Translations under genes and position numbers: made by a program
Notes under the pieces: model-generated
The model's input: only the letters and a program-made list of their open reading frames with translations
Databases searched by the model: none
What the model was told of the DNA's origin: nothing
Source of the DNA: Octopus sinensis
Lineage: Eukaryota
Assembly: GCF_006345805.1 (NCBI RefSeq)
Contig: NC_043001.1
Coordinates: 12,276,001-12,340,000, forward strand
Reading direction: 5' to 3'
DNA: 64,000 nucleotides
In this document: in pieces, positions 29,238 to 40,772 of the stretch
How positions within the stretch are numbered: position 1 is the stretch's first letter
Layout: each line of letters starts with the position of its first letter

Positions 29238-29336
29238 GTTGAATTTTCTGCTGCTTAAAATAAAGCATATTACTCTACCACTGGTATTTGAGTACTCTTT
29301 TTTCCACCTTGTTTCACATTTATGTGTTTACTCCGG

Positions 29337-29419
<83 letters not shown>

Positions 29420-29456
29420 GTGTATATATATATATGTATGTATGTATGTATATATA

Positions 29457-29695
29457 CGGGGTCAGCCCAAAATCACCTGCCAGTAAGTCAAGTCTATTTA
29501 AATAACAAGATTAAAAGAAAGAAATTATTCAATATGAGGCTTCACTAGAAATAGACAAATGCTGAAAAAATAACGACGACTTTAAGTCACACCGTTCAAT
29601 TATTAAACATTCATCGTTGGAATGCGCAACTAAAATTGAATATTAATTATTTACGGAATTTTGATTTACTCTTGGGTAACTTTTGGACAACCCTG
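29457..29695. mobile_element. Tc1/mariner-derived MITE
   Basis: TA-flanked imperfect terminal inverted repeats: cggggtcagcccaaaatcacc..agtaagtcaa versus reverse complement cagggttgtccaaaagttacc..agtaaatcaa; non-coding interior. Confidence 0.6.
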
Positions 29696-30029
29696 TATAT
29701 ATGGATGGATATATTATGCGTGTATGAAGCATGTGTGTTTGTGTGAATGTCTGTTTGCTTGTTTGTGATTGAATATGTTATGTGTTGATTATTTTGAAGG
29801 ATTCTGAAAAATAGCACTAATTGACTGTGCATGATTTTATTTTTCGAAGAAGTGAGTCGGATTACTTAACTGTTCTTATCGTTCATTGAGTGCCATTGAA
29901 TGCTTCACATTTTCGCAGAAATTCACCGCTAAGTAAGACAACGACTTTTTTAATGAAATGTTTGATTAAACTCAGTCAAAAATTGTAAAAATCGTTAAAT
30001 TACAAATGACATTATTAAATCAGCATAAA

Positions 30030-30233
30030 AAGGCAGCGAGGTGGTAGAATCGTTAACATGTCAGGAAAAATGTTTAGCGGCATATTGGTAGGCTCTACGT
30101 TCCGAGATCAAATTCCACCGAGATCGCCTTTGACTTTCTTTATTTCAGGGTCGATAAAATAATTACCAGTTGAGCACTGGTGCTACTGTAAACGACTTAC
30201 CCCATTCCTTAAAATTGCTGGCAATGTGCCAAC
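30030..30233 (+). mobile_element. SINE family 2, monomer
   Basis: aaggcagcgaggtggtagaatcgttaac...ccgagatcaaattccaccgag...gtcgataaaataattaccag. Confidence 0.8.
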
Positions 30234-31997
30234 ATAACTAGCAGTTTTTAATTAATATGTAGTTATTAATTCTCAAGTCATTCGTACCAATTAAGTGCAC
30301 AGTAACGTCATTAGATTTCAACTTAAAGGGTATGGAAGGAATAGTTTATGTAGAACAATTGCGATTTCTGTGTTTTGTAGGAATCTTGCAAACGAAATAC
30401 AGAAATGTAAGAATGTGAGGCAGGCTAGCAAGAAGATGAAAAAAAACAATTTATATTTTGTCTACCAAAGCTCACTTCGTAAATCTGTCTTTATACTACA
30501 GAATCTACAGACAAAGGACAGTAAAATAAGGACAACAATGAATCTGAGATTGAGTGAATGTATAGTGCGTATGAAGTTTTGGCCAAAGCAAGAGGTAAAA
30601 ACCATCATTCCGAAATTTACAATATTGGGACTACAGCAGTCAATGTTATAAATGGATACACTCGAAATAAAGTGAACATGTAAAATTCCTTCGATTGTAG
30701 CGCTTTGAAGGAATATTCATGACCCAGTAATGTCAGGGCTTTGGTATTTCTTCTGGTGCTAATCATTTTGTCCTCTCCCAAATTGTTATCTGACAGAGTG
30801 GGCTCAATGCATTTCGCCTGTTGTAAAAAGAATAGGTGTTTGATGTCTTATTGAAGTTTGTTTCTTTTCTTAGATGAGTTTCGGCTTTCCAAGTAATTAA
30901 GTGAATTTCATGCTCTTCAGATGGTAACGACTCCAGGTGACAACGAAAATGGGAGCATACAGGATTATATTGAATTCTGTTGGATGAAGAACGTAGAATA
31001 AAAGAATCTCACGTACGCACACAGTAATACACAGATAGGCATACGCACACACACATGTGCACCAATATATACACATGCATACACGCACATGCACACACGC
31101 AGTCACACACATAGACATACGCACACACTCATGGGTGCCCAAGGATAACCATAGGCATACACACAGATGCCCATGGATGACTATACACAAACACACACAC
31201 AAACACACACACTGGCATTTCTATATATCGAAAACAATTCCGCAATGAAAACAAATGTTACAAAAGCCAAAAATAGAAAGAATATGGAACCATAAGATTT
31301 AGCATTATTCTTCTCTCACATCTACGTAAAATATCTAAATTATATATGCATTAATCAATATATGTTGTTGCATTCGCATGTTATGAATTTCGTTTGTATA
31401 ACGTTTTAATTTTTTATTTTCTATATTTCTCTATGTTTCTGAAAAACAATTTTTTGACAAGTTTCCTTTTATTATATATTCGGGAAGCTCTCATTAGCTC
31501 TGTTTCATTTATATATTCAATTATTTATTCATTATCTTGTTTTATTTTTTTTCTTCAACAACAAATAACTCATATTTTCAATACTATTCCAATTTAACAT
31601 TTAAAATACTCGTTCTTAAACTCTAGGTACAAGGCCCAAAGTTCTTGGGGAAGGGGGCAGTCAATCAGATCGACCCCAGCAGCATGCAACTGGTACTTAA
31701 TTTATTCTTTTCTACTCTAGGCACAAAATAGCTTTCTGCAATTCTTCTTACGAAGGAGAATCTTAAAACCACATGCAAAACAATTGATTTAAATTGCAGA
31801 TTATTGTATAGAGGTAGGGTTCAGTGTTGGAATATATAAAATTTGGTTATATATAAAATGGAATATATAAAATTTGGTTGAAAATTTATAAATCAATCGA
31901 AATTTTTTTATCATTTTCTTATTAACAGAATATGAATGGCCAGCGTGTACACGAGGACATTAAGTGAAATTCACTAATTGCATAAATAGATTTGAAA

Positions 31998-32101
31998 CAA
32001 TAATAATAATAATAATGACAATAATAATAATAATAATTATAATGATAATGATAATAATACTAACAACAATAATAATAATGATAATAATAATAACAATAAG
32101 G

Positions 32102-32139
<38 letters not shown>

Positions 32140-32158
32140 AACAACAATAATAATAATG

Positions 32159-32216
<58 letters not shown>

Positions 32217-32312
32217 AACAGCAATAATAATAATGATAATAATAATAAGGATAATAATAATTATAATACTAACAACAATAATAATAATGATAATAAGGAT
32301 GATTATAATATG

Positions 32313-32360
<48 letters not shown>

Positions 32361-32471
32361 TTAACAACAATAATAATAATGATAATAATAATGATAATAA
32401 TAATAATGATAATAATAATAATACTAACAGCAATAATAATAATGATAATAATAATGATAATAATAATAATG

Positions 32472-32502
<31 letters not shown>

Positions 32503-32614
32503 TAACAACAATAATAATAATGATGATAGTAATAATAATAATGATAATAATAATAATAATGATAATAATAATAAGAATAATAATAATAATAATAATAATA
32601 ATGATAACAACAAC

Positions 32615-32662
<48 letters not shown>

Positions 32663-32678
32663 TATTATTATTATTATT
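31998..32678. repeat. Long degenerate (AAT)n microsatellite
   Basis: About 680 bp of AAT/GAT/AAC triplets; source of the poly-I/L ORFs. The last 18 bp switch to (ATT)n. Confidence 0.95.
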
Positions 32679-33764
32679 CTATCATAAAGGAAAGCAAAAA
32701 ATTTGCTATTGATCTCGTGCAGGATACCCAAACTGAACAACCCGAGGGAAGTACGGCAACTATTGTTGCAAAGAAGGTGAAAATGATGGCAATGAAAAAA
32801 AGCGCACGAGCAATTGGCTGATAGGTGGGAGGAGAAACCTCTGCACGGCAAATATGTGACCCGCAGCAAACAAGCTGATGTTGACCAGAAGGAAACCCAT
32901 CAGTGGCTACGGAGCTCAGGGCTAAAAGCAGAGAGCGAAGGTTTCATCCTGGCTGCTCAAGATCAAAGCCTATTAACTCGGAACAACCAGGCCAATGTGA
33001 TGAAAAATGGAGCAGACCCAAAATGCCGATTCTGCAACGACATGATTGAAACAGTGGACCACCTAATCTCTGGATGTAAATTCTTAGCACCAGTGGAGTA
33101 TAAATTAAGACATGCCAGAGTTGGCCAATATCTCCACTGGCTAATAAGTCGGCATTACAATATCAAAACTGCCGACAAGTGGTATAATCACCACCCTGAG
33201 GCTGTAACTGAAGGAGAAAATGTAACCATTCTGTGGGACTTTCCAGTACATACAGACCGAACCATCAAGGCCAATAAACCAGATATTGTTGTGAAAGACC
33301 AAAACAATAAAGTTTGCTTATTGATCGACATGAGCATCCCCTGTGATCATAATATCTCAGCGAAAGAGTTTAACAAGCTCAGAAAATATAAAGACCTACT
33401 CATTGAAATTGAGAAAATGTGGCATCTCAAGGCGGTTACAATACCAGTGATCGTAGGAGCACTAGGAATGATCAAGAAGGGAACCGAAAATTATATGAGA
33501 ATGATTCCTGGCTTACCATCCCCGCAAGAAGTGCAAAAGATTGTCTTAACTGGTACATCACACGTATTGAGAAGAGCATTGTCGATGTGAGAACTGTTGC
33601 TGCTCATGTATTTTAATTTAACTTCAAAAAAAAATTAAAAATTGAACGAACTACTGAGTTTGGTTTAATGGCCTACCAATGTATACTATGAGTTTCTTTG
33701 CCCTAGGAGTCGGGAAGACACTCGGCAAGAAATGATAGCAAATTTGAAAGAAGAAGAAAAAAAG
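32679..33764 (+). mobile_element. 5'-truncated R4/Dong-like non-LTR retrotransposon inserted in (TAA)n
   Basis: Contains ORF 32814..33590 and a 3'UTR of about 170 bp followed directly by (TAA)n. The 3' 420 bp recur at 55535-55951. Confidence 0.9.
32814..33590 (+). CDS. C-terminal part of an R4/Dong-clade retrotransposon ORF (zinc knuckle and restriction-like endonuclease); transposon fragment without RT
   Basis: 258-codon open frame (first codon TTG): WEEKPLHG, LKAESEGFILAAQDQ, CRFCNDMIETVDHLISGC (CCHC), RH..V, ANKPDIVVKD..LIDMSIP..K..KY (PD-(D/E)xK), PVIVGALG, LTGTSHVLRRAL. Confidence 0.85.
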   Translation: MADRWEEKPLHGKYVTRSKQADVDQKETHQWLRSSGLKAESEGFILAAQDQSLLTRNNQANVMKNGADPKCRFCNDMIETVDHLISGCKFLAPVEYKLRHARVGQYLHWLISRHYNIKTADKWYNHHPEAVTEGENVTILWDFPVHTDRTIKANKPDIVVKDQNNKVCLLIDMSIPCDHNISAKEFNKLRKYKDLLIEIEKMWHLKAVTIPVIVGALGMIKKGTENYMRMIPGLPSPQEVQKIVLTGTSHVLRRALSM

Positions 33765-33823
33765 TAATAATAATAATAATAATAATAATACTAACAAAAA
33801 TAATATTAATGATAATAATAATG

Positions 33824-33866
<43 letters not shown>

Positions 33867-33961
33867 GCATGTAGCAAGTAAAGTTCTCGGTGGTTAATTA
33901 TTTAACATCCAATCAAACAATCGATTTGCTAATTCGTTAAATAGCTCACCGGTTGATTAGT

Positions 33962-34179
33962 AGTCTTCTCTACTTTAGGCAGAAGGCCCGACATTTTTTG
34001 GGAGGGAAGCAGTTGATTGCCTCGAACCCAATACGCAACTGGTATCTAATTTATCGACCTTGAAAGGATGAAATGCAAAGCCTGACCTCAGGGGAATTTG
34101 AACTCTGAACATAAAGACAGACGAAATTGCGCTAGGCATTTCAACCAGCGTGCAAACGTTTCTGCCAGCTCGCCACCTT
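33962..34179 (-). mobile_element. SINE family 2, monomer
   Basis: Ends in gtttctgccagctcgccacctt, the reverse complement of the family head; head-to-head with the array at 34207. Confidence 0.85.
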
Positions 34180-34206
34180 CCAGTTGATTAATAAAATCTC
34201 AAGTGA

Positions 34207-34978
34207 AAGGCGGCGAACTGGCAGAAACGTTAGCACGCCGGGCGAAATGCGTAGCAGTATTTTGTCTGCCATTACGTTTTGAGTTCAAATTCCGTCGAGG
34301 TCGACTTTGCCTTTCATCCTTTCGGGGTCGATAAATTAAGTACCAGTTACGCGCTGGGTCGATATAACCGACTTAATCCGTTTGTCTGTCCTTGTTCGTC
34401 CTCTCTGCGTTTAGCCCCTTTTGGGTAGTAAAGAAATAGGTATTTCGTCTACCGTTCCGTTCTGAGTTCAAATTCCGCCGAGGTCGACTTTGCCTGTCAT
34501 ACTTTCGGGGTCGATTAAATAAGTACCAGTTACGCACTGGTGTCGATGTAATCGACTTAATCCGCTCGTCTGTTCTTGTTTGTCCCCTCTATGTTTAGCC
34601 CCTTGTCGGTTGTAAAGAAATAGGTATTTCGTTTTCCGTTACGTTCTGAGTTCAAATTCTTTCTGGTCGACTTTGCCTTTCCTCATTTCGGGGGAGCCGA
34701 TTAAATAAGTACCAGTTACGGACTGGGGTCGATATAATCGACTTAATCCCTTTGTCTGTCCTTGTTCGTTTTCTCTGTGTTTTGCCCCTTGTGCGTGGTA
34801 AAGAAATAGGTATTTCGACTGTCGTTACGTTCTGAGTTCAACTTCTGCCGAGGTCGGCTTAGCTTTTCATCCCCTCAGATTCGATAAATTAAGTACCAGA
34901 TACGCACTGGGATCGATCTAATGCACTGGCTCCCTCCCTCAAAATGTCGGGCCTTCTGCCTGGAGTAGAAAAGAATAT
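34207..34978 (+). mobile_element. SINE family 2, tetrameric head-to-tail array
   Basis: One head, then units starting at 34257, 34440, 34624 and 34810 (period 183-186 bp); the last unit ends with the monomer-type tail. Confidence 0.92.
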
Positions 34979-36169
34979 TTGTAAAGTACTGAAATAGAAC
35001 CAGATAGTATATAGATGTTATTTTTTCACAAAAATAAATCATTCCAGTGTAATGTTCAAAACTTAATTACTTCGAGGAAAATTGTTTTCGATAATTACTT
35101 TTGAAATATTAATACTGCAAACATCATTTAGCGAAAAACACTGAGAGATAGTTTTATCTTCGTAAAAGGTTGTTTGCAAGAAAATATATTGTTTCAAAGA
35201 CCATCAGAAGAGCTCTTGGAAATGTTTTCTTTAGCAGTGTCCATATCAAGTAGCAGTTTGTGTTACGGAGGTTAAATGTCATGCGGATGAGGTGAAAGTT
35301 TGTATTTGAAAATTCCTCTTAGACTATGCAGATCGGACTTACAGTAAAATAACCGTCCCTTGTGCTAATTTCAAAGGTTATTATATAACACAGGGAATTC
35401 CCAAATTAATAAATCGAATTAACGAAGTAATGTTTCTTTGTATATGCGTGAACTTATCCATGTCAATATAACCGAAGTTTAAGCGGTATATGTATACATG
35501 TTGTAAATTACAGAGATTTCAAAGAAGGGCTTTATTTCATTGTAGCTTTATCCTTTTACTTCCCTATGATCACGAGTGGATACGAGAACTACATCACAAA
35601 TCATATAACTAAAATTTCCATTTTCGACAAAGTGAATTCTCAAGATGCTACTGAAATAAGGAAATATTATACTGCAGTGGGTCTTCAGTTCATGCATCGC
35701 ACATAAAAATGCAATTCGGTACATTGCTTTATTTACCAGAAAGAATAAAATACTTTAAAAGATATGTTGATGAGGTAATGAATTTTACAGTTTATATACA
35801 CATAATAGGAATTACTTTAATCGTGACAAAATTTTGGTTAGATACAAGCTGTTCAGAAATGCAACGGAAGAAAAAGTTGTTTAATTTTTTCTACTTACAT
35901 GGTATCCATGTCCTGTACACTGTAGACTCAGCAGAAACAAATATGGCGGGCACTTTTAGAGTATCATGATTCCCAACCACTTGGTTCTTGGTTCAGTCCT
36001 ACTACGAGACACATTGAGTGTCTTCTGCTACACCCTCGAGTTGATCAAGATCTTGTCAGTGGATTTGGTAGACGGAAGCTCAAAGAAGCTCGTCGTATAT
36101 ATATATATGTGTGTGTATGTTTGTGTGTGTGTGTGAAAGGCCAAGGTCGGCGACCTGTGGTTGTAGCCG

Positions 36170-36630
36170 TGTTAGGGTGCACAGGTACAATAGGATGTTC
36201 TTCCCTCCATGAGGGCTAGGATTATTCACATCGCTCCTGTTATTCAGGTAAAGATCCGGTGGTTAGGTACACTTTAAAATTGTTCTTTTCTCAGCCAGGC
36301 TCAACATGCACCTTCTGCTACTATTGAAGGACGGTTTACAGTTGTCCAGATTCTTCTAATTTATGATATACTCTGAGGTGGTTACTTTCATAAACCAAGC
36401 GTTCTTGGCCAGGGTTGTGATGCTGCCAATCTCCGGAATATGGAAGGAAGAATTGTGGTTGTTAAAGCGAGTGCTGAATGGGACTTCCGTCGCCCCCGAG
36501 CGTGTGGAAAGGGCCTTCCACAGGCCAGGTTGCCCATTTGGTGCTATAGCTGTTACCACTACTTCGTATAGAACTGGCTCCATGTTACCGTGGCCGTACG
36601 TTGGCCATGTTGTTTTACCCCTGCATGACC
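36170..36630 (-). mobile_element. Penelope-like element (Neptune-like) GIY-YIG endonuclease fragment
   Basis: Minus translation SCRGKTTWP..GH..EPVLYEVVVTA..G.TEVPFSTRFNNHNSSF..TTLAKNAW..CKPSFNSSRRCMLSLAEK..LNNRSD fits the Cys-rich linker and GIY-YIG layout of PLEs. Confidence 0.7.
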
Positions 36631-36789
36631 GTCCTGCCTCTGCCTCGGGTGTGAGCTTCCTAAAACCTTTTTTGTACACGAAGTTCACTCTATGTGTATG
36701 AAATATTTTGCTCAATCTGTTTTCACAGAGTAGTGTGTATGAGTTAGTCTAAGGGAGGTCTTACTTACATTGGTCACATACATATATAT

Positions 36790-37089
36790 ATATCTTTATC
36801 ACCGTGATCACCGTGACCGACCAGGCTATCAGATGTTCGCTGGTCACAATGCGCTTTGCATTATTTTAGCCTTCAAATGTCGTCACCCCGCAGGCCAACA
36901 GAAGAAAGAATGAGAGAAAGTTGTGGCGAAAGAGTACAGCAGGGATCGCTACCACCCCACTGCCGGAGCCTCGAGGAGCTTTAGGTGTTTTCGCTCAATA
37001 AACATTCACAACACCCGGTCTTGGAATTGAAACCGCGATCCTACAACCGCGTGGCCGCTGCACTAACCACTGGGCCATTGCGCCTCCAC
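36790..37089 (-). mobile_element. SINE family 3 copy
   Basis: Ends aaccactgggccattgcgcctccac, the reverse complement of the family head. Confidence 0.85.
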
Positions 37090-37485
37090 ATATATATCCA
37101 TGTACCCATGCATATATATCTTTATAAATGTTAAGACCAATGTAAGGCTAATAAACACTTCTCCCGTGAAAACAGTTTGAGCAAAATATTTCATACACAT
37201 ACTGTGTAGTTCGTGTAAAAAAGATTTTGGTAAGCTCACACCCGAGGCAGATAGAGAGAAAGATATGAGAATTTTTTGCATAATAAGAGAAAAAACTAAG
37301 GGTGTATAGATATTAGAGCATATATAGATAGAATTTCTTACAGCAGTTTCTCGCAGACGGTGTGAAAGGAAAGTTAAGTTACTGTTAGTTAAGATGTGAT
37401 ACAAAATAGAGAGTGAGGTGGAGGAAAGAAAATATATGCAAGATATATATGGGTATTGAATTTGTATATATATATATATATATAT

Positions 37486-37712
37486 AATATTAGAAAAAAA
37501 CACCTGTTATCAATTCAAAATGAATAATTAAATTACACCATCAAGAAAATTATAATTAATTTTCTAGATGTTGTAATTTAATTATTCATTTTGTATTGAT
37601 AACAGGTGTTTTCTTCTAATATTTTATATATATTATATTGTGTGGAATTTGATTTAGTATTTCTAAATTGAATTCTTTTTCCTTGTAAGTTTGGATTTTA
37701 TTCCCTCAAATA
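37486..37712 (+). repeat. Fold-back (37486-37623) plus conserved tail (37632-37712) ending in (TA)n
   Basis: attagaaaaaaacacctgttatcaattcaaaatgaataattaaattac... versus ...gtaatttaattattcattttgtattgataacaggtgttttcttctaat. Confidence 0.8.
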
Positions 37713-37717
37713 ATAAC

Positions 37718-37749
<32 letters not shown>

Positions 37750-37797
37750 TATATGTGTATATATATATGTATATATATGTATATATGTGTATATATA

Positions 37798-37843
<46 letters not shown>

Positions 37844-37852
37844 ATATATAAT

Positions 37853-38081
37853 AAATATTAGGGAATAAATCCAAATTTACAGGGAAAAAATCAGATTTAG
37901 GATTAAATCCAATTTTATAGTAAATATTATATAATATTATTAGAGACAAAACCACTATTTTGCAAAACAAACAAGGAAAGACTTAATCAATACATAAAAT
38001 TTTATTAAAATTTTATGTATTGATTAAGTCTTTCCTTGTTTGTTTTGCAAAATAGTGGTTTTGTCTCTAATAATATTATAT
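37853..38081 (-). repeat. Perfect 153-bp palindrome (37929-38081, centre 38005) plus conserved tail (37853-37928) ending in (TA)n
   Basis: 76-bp arms pair around a single T; the tail is the reverse complement of the motif at 8806, 12140 and 37632. Confidence 0.9.
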
Positions 38082-38152
38082 GTGTATATATATATATATA
38101 CATATATATACATATATATATGTATATATATATATAAATATCTATACATATA

Positions 38153-38183
<31 letters not shown>

Positions 38184-38298
38184 GTATATATATATACATA
38201 TATATATACATATATATATGTATATATATATATATACATATATATATGTGTGTGCATATATATATGTATATCTATACCTATATCTATATGTATATATA

Positions 38299-38380
<82 letters not shown>

Positions 38381-38971
38381 TAATTACTTTACACATTTTT
38401 GAAGAAACAATTCACTGTACAACCAGCTATTCGAAAGAATATTGAAAGGAAGAAAAATGTCACTCTTGAATACATGAAATATACAAGAATTTCCTAACTA
38501 ATGAAATCCAAATATTGATTCCGTTTTTAAATAAGATTTTCAAATTCAGAATAAATGTTAAAAGGAAATTAAATAACAGTTATTTAGGATATACTTTATT
38601 ACTTGAATATTATGATTTCAAGAATGTAAACTTCTGTGAAATATTCTATATCTACGTATTTAAATCAGATGCTAGCCTTAATATTTGACAGAAATATTAT
38701 GTTCTGTGATAGTATGATTAATCACAGGGTGGTTAATACCGTTTAGAAACTGCAATTTAATCGCTAACACTTCGTTATGTTGTTCTCGTTTTAGTCTACA
38801 AAAAATGCATGAATTATACATATTCTGTGTTTTGTTTTGAATGCATGCAGGCTTTAATATTGAAACAGCTATATGCATACAAATATATAAAGATATCAAT
38901 GCTTTCAGATATGCTAATATGTGTGCGTGTGTGTGTGTGCATTTATGTGTGTATATACATACTCAATATAT

Positions 38972-39030
<59 letters not shown>

Positions 39031-39251
39031 TAAATATACATATTAATGTATATTCGTTATGTATATATATCATGTGTGTACATATATATATGTATATACT
39101 GAGAGAGAGAGAGAGAGAGATTCACATATATATATTCATATATGCGTATAATAATAATAAAAATGAAATTAATGTATAAATTGCTCAGGTGCACCACAAC
39201 TTATATATATATATATATATATATAAATATATGTGTGTGGGTGTGTGTATG

Positions 39252-39284
<33 letters not shown>

Positions 39285-39514
39285 GTACATATATATATAT
39301 ATATACATTATGTGAAATAGAAAGATGAATAATCTTGTAGTAGATTAATCAAAAGTTTAACCGATACCTTAGTAGCAAAAATCACAGCAGTAAACAGCAC
39401 GGTTGGAGGTACAACCATCTGGCGTTGCAACCGTGCGTTGGTGCGGATAATTGAAATTAAAACGTTATTGGTGAATTGAAGAAATGGAGCTGAACGCAGA
39501 TTGGACAGAAATCG

Positions 39515-39611
39515 TTTTATTTCATTCTACACGTGTTTCGAAAGGCACAAATTACCAAAATCCGATTGAATAATGGGACCATATTGTGTCTTTCTCTTCA
39601 GGAAGAAAAAA
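39515..39611 (-). ncRNA. Type I hammerhead ribozyme, left arm (minus strand)
   Basis: Exact mirror of 39773-39869. Confidence 0.78.
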
Positions 39612-39772
39612 GGAAATCCGCTGGAAAAACAAAAACAGAACAGAGGCGGAGCAAAAGCAAATCGAACTATGCTCCTAAGAGCCCATGGCGAAACTCCATG
39701 GGCTCTTAGGAGCATAGTTCGATTTGCTTTTGCTCCGCCTCTGTTCTGTTTTTGTTTTTCCAGCGGATTTCC

Positions 39773-39869
39773 TTTTTTCTTCCTGAAGAGAAAGACACAA
39801 TATGGTCCCATTATTCAATCGGATTTTGGTAATTTGTGCCTTTCGAAACACGTGTAGAATGAAATAAAA
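39773..39869 (+). ncRNA. Type I hammerhead ribozyme, right arm (plus strand)
   Basis: CUGAAGA 39783-89; stem II 39790-800/39834-44 (10 of 11 pairs); GAAA 39845-48; palindromic stem III ACACGUGU; predicted cleavage after GUA at 39856; stem I UUUCUUC/GAA(U)GAAA. Confidence 0.78.
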
Positions 39870-40772
39870 CGATTTCTGTTCAATCTGCGTTCAGCTCCAT
39901 TTCTTCAATTCACCAATAACGTTTTATATATATATACATATATATTTATATATATACATAGAATTCATATTAATTCATATGTAGAGATATATATATATGC
40001 GCATAAATTTGTATATTCATGTATATTCATTATATGTGTGCGTGTGTGTGTGTGTTCACACAGCAATTGAAATGAAGATAACGTGCTCAATCTGGGCTCT
40101 AGGCAAATCTTGCCAATGAAATTCAGATAGTATTAATATGCGGTAATGAAATACGTATGTCTTCTCTTATCTTCCTCCACACAATTTCACATCAGTTTCA
40201 AGTTCGATGTTTTTTTACTCATCTACTGGCAACCAAGCTACACATTATGCTGACGCTGTCGTCATCGACGACACGGTAGTATTGATGATGATGCTCTTGT
40301 TTATAGTAAAGCAGGTGATGGAAGTGAAAGTGGAGCTTGCTATGTAGCTGTTTGGCACACGTTTTCTCTCTTAAAGAACTGGAATCTTATACTTTCTAAA
40401 TTCCTTTGTGCAAGATATTGATTTACCTTGACCAGCACATCTCTTGTGGAGCGGCACATCTTTCGTGTGTTTTCAGTTTTGATATTTACACAGTTTGTAT
40501 TTGAGATGTACCGCCTTCATCCCTCTGTTCTCCACAGCATGTGAAAAACACTTTCAAGTTCATTCCATTTTTTTCCAAGAGAATTTGTAATGTGGAGAAC
40601 AGAAGATAACAATTCTAAAAAAATCGAATATTTTTTTCATTTTGCTGAGTTCACTATATTTTGCCTATATGTTCATAACGTGAACATTTTATTTTTGCAG
40701 AAAATATTTTTTCATAAAGCGAAAAGATCGATGTTTTCGAGATTCCGGACGTGGATATGAATGCTCTTTAAC

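Larger units (their letters stand above)
27420..29336 (+). repeat. Large inverted repeat: arms 27424-28265 and 28416-29266, spacer about 150 bp, right arm extended by a 70-bp tail into (TA)n
   Basis: Arms match in reverse complement throughout, with a few substitutions and homopolymer indels; this explains the mirrored ORFs 27941..28192(-)/28438..28746(+) and 27253..(-)/29236..(+). Confidence 0.95.
39308..39926 (-). mobile_element. HHR-bearing fold-back element, copy B (complete): 231-bp arms, 7-nt loop, 150-bp tail, embedded in (TA)n
   Basis: 39458-39688 pairs with 39696-39926 with one mismatch (39504/39880); loop cgaaact. The tail 39308-39457 is shared with 18601-18755. Confidence 0.92.

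Noticed and set aside
33419-33616. 65-aa ORF repeated at 55609..55806
   Set aside because: An alternative frame within the R4-like endonuclease region; the repetition reflects two transposon copies.
34257-34978. Regular repeat array superficially like CRISPR or a retrozyme array
   Set aside because: Units are 184-bp SINE segments without unique spacers, there are no cas genes, the context is eukaryotic, and the unit has no hammerhead core on either strand.
39527-39857. Two identical 94-aa ORFs on opposite strands (and the related 18820..19020)
   Set aside because: A consequence of the DNA palindrome; the sequence is better explained as structured RNA.
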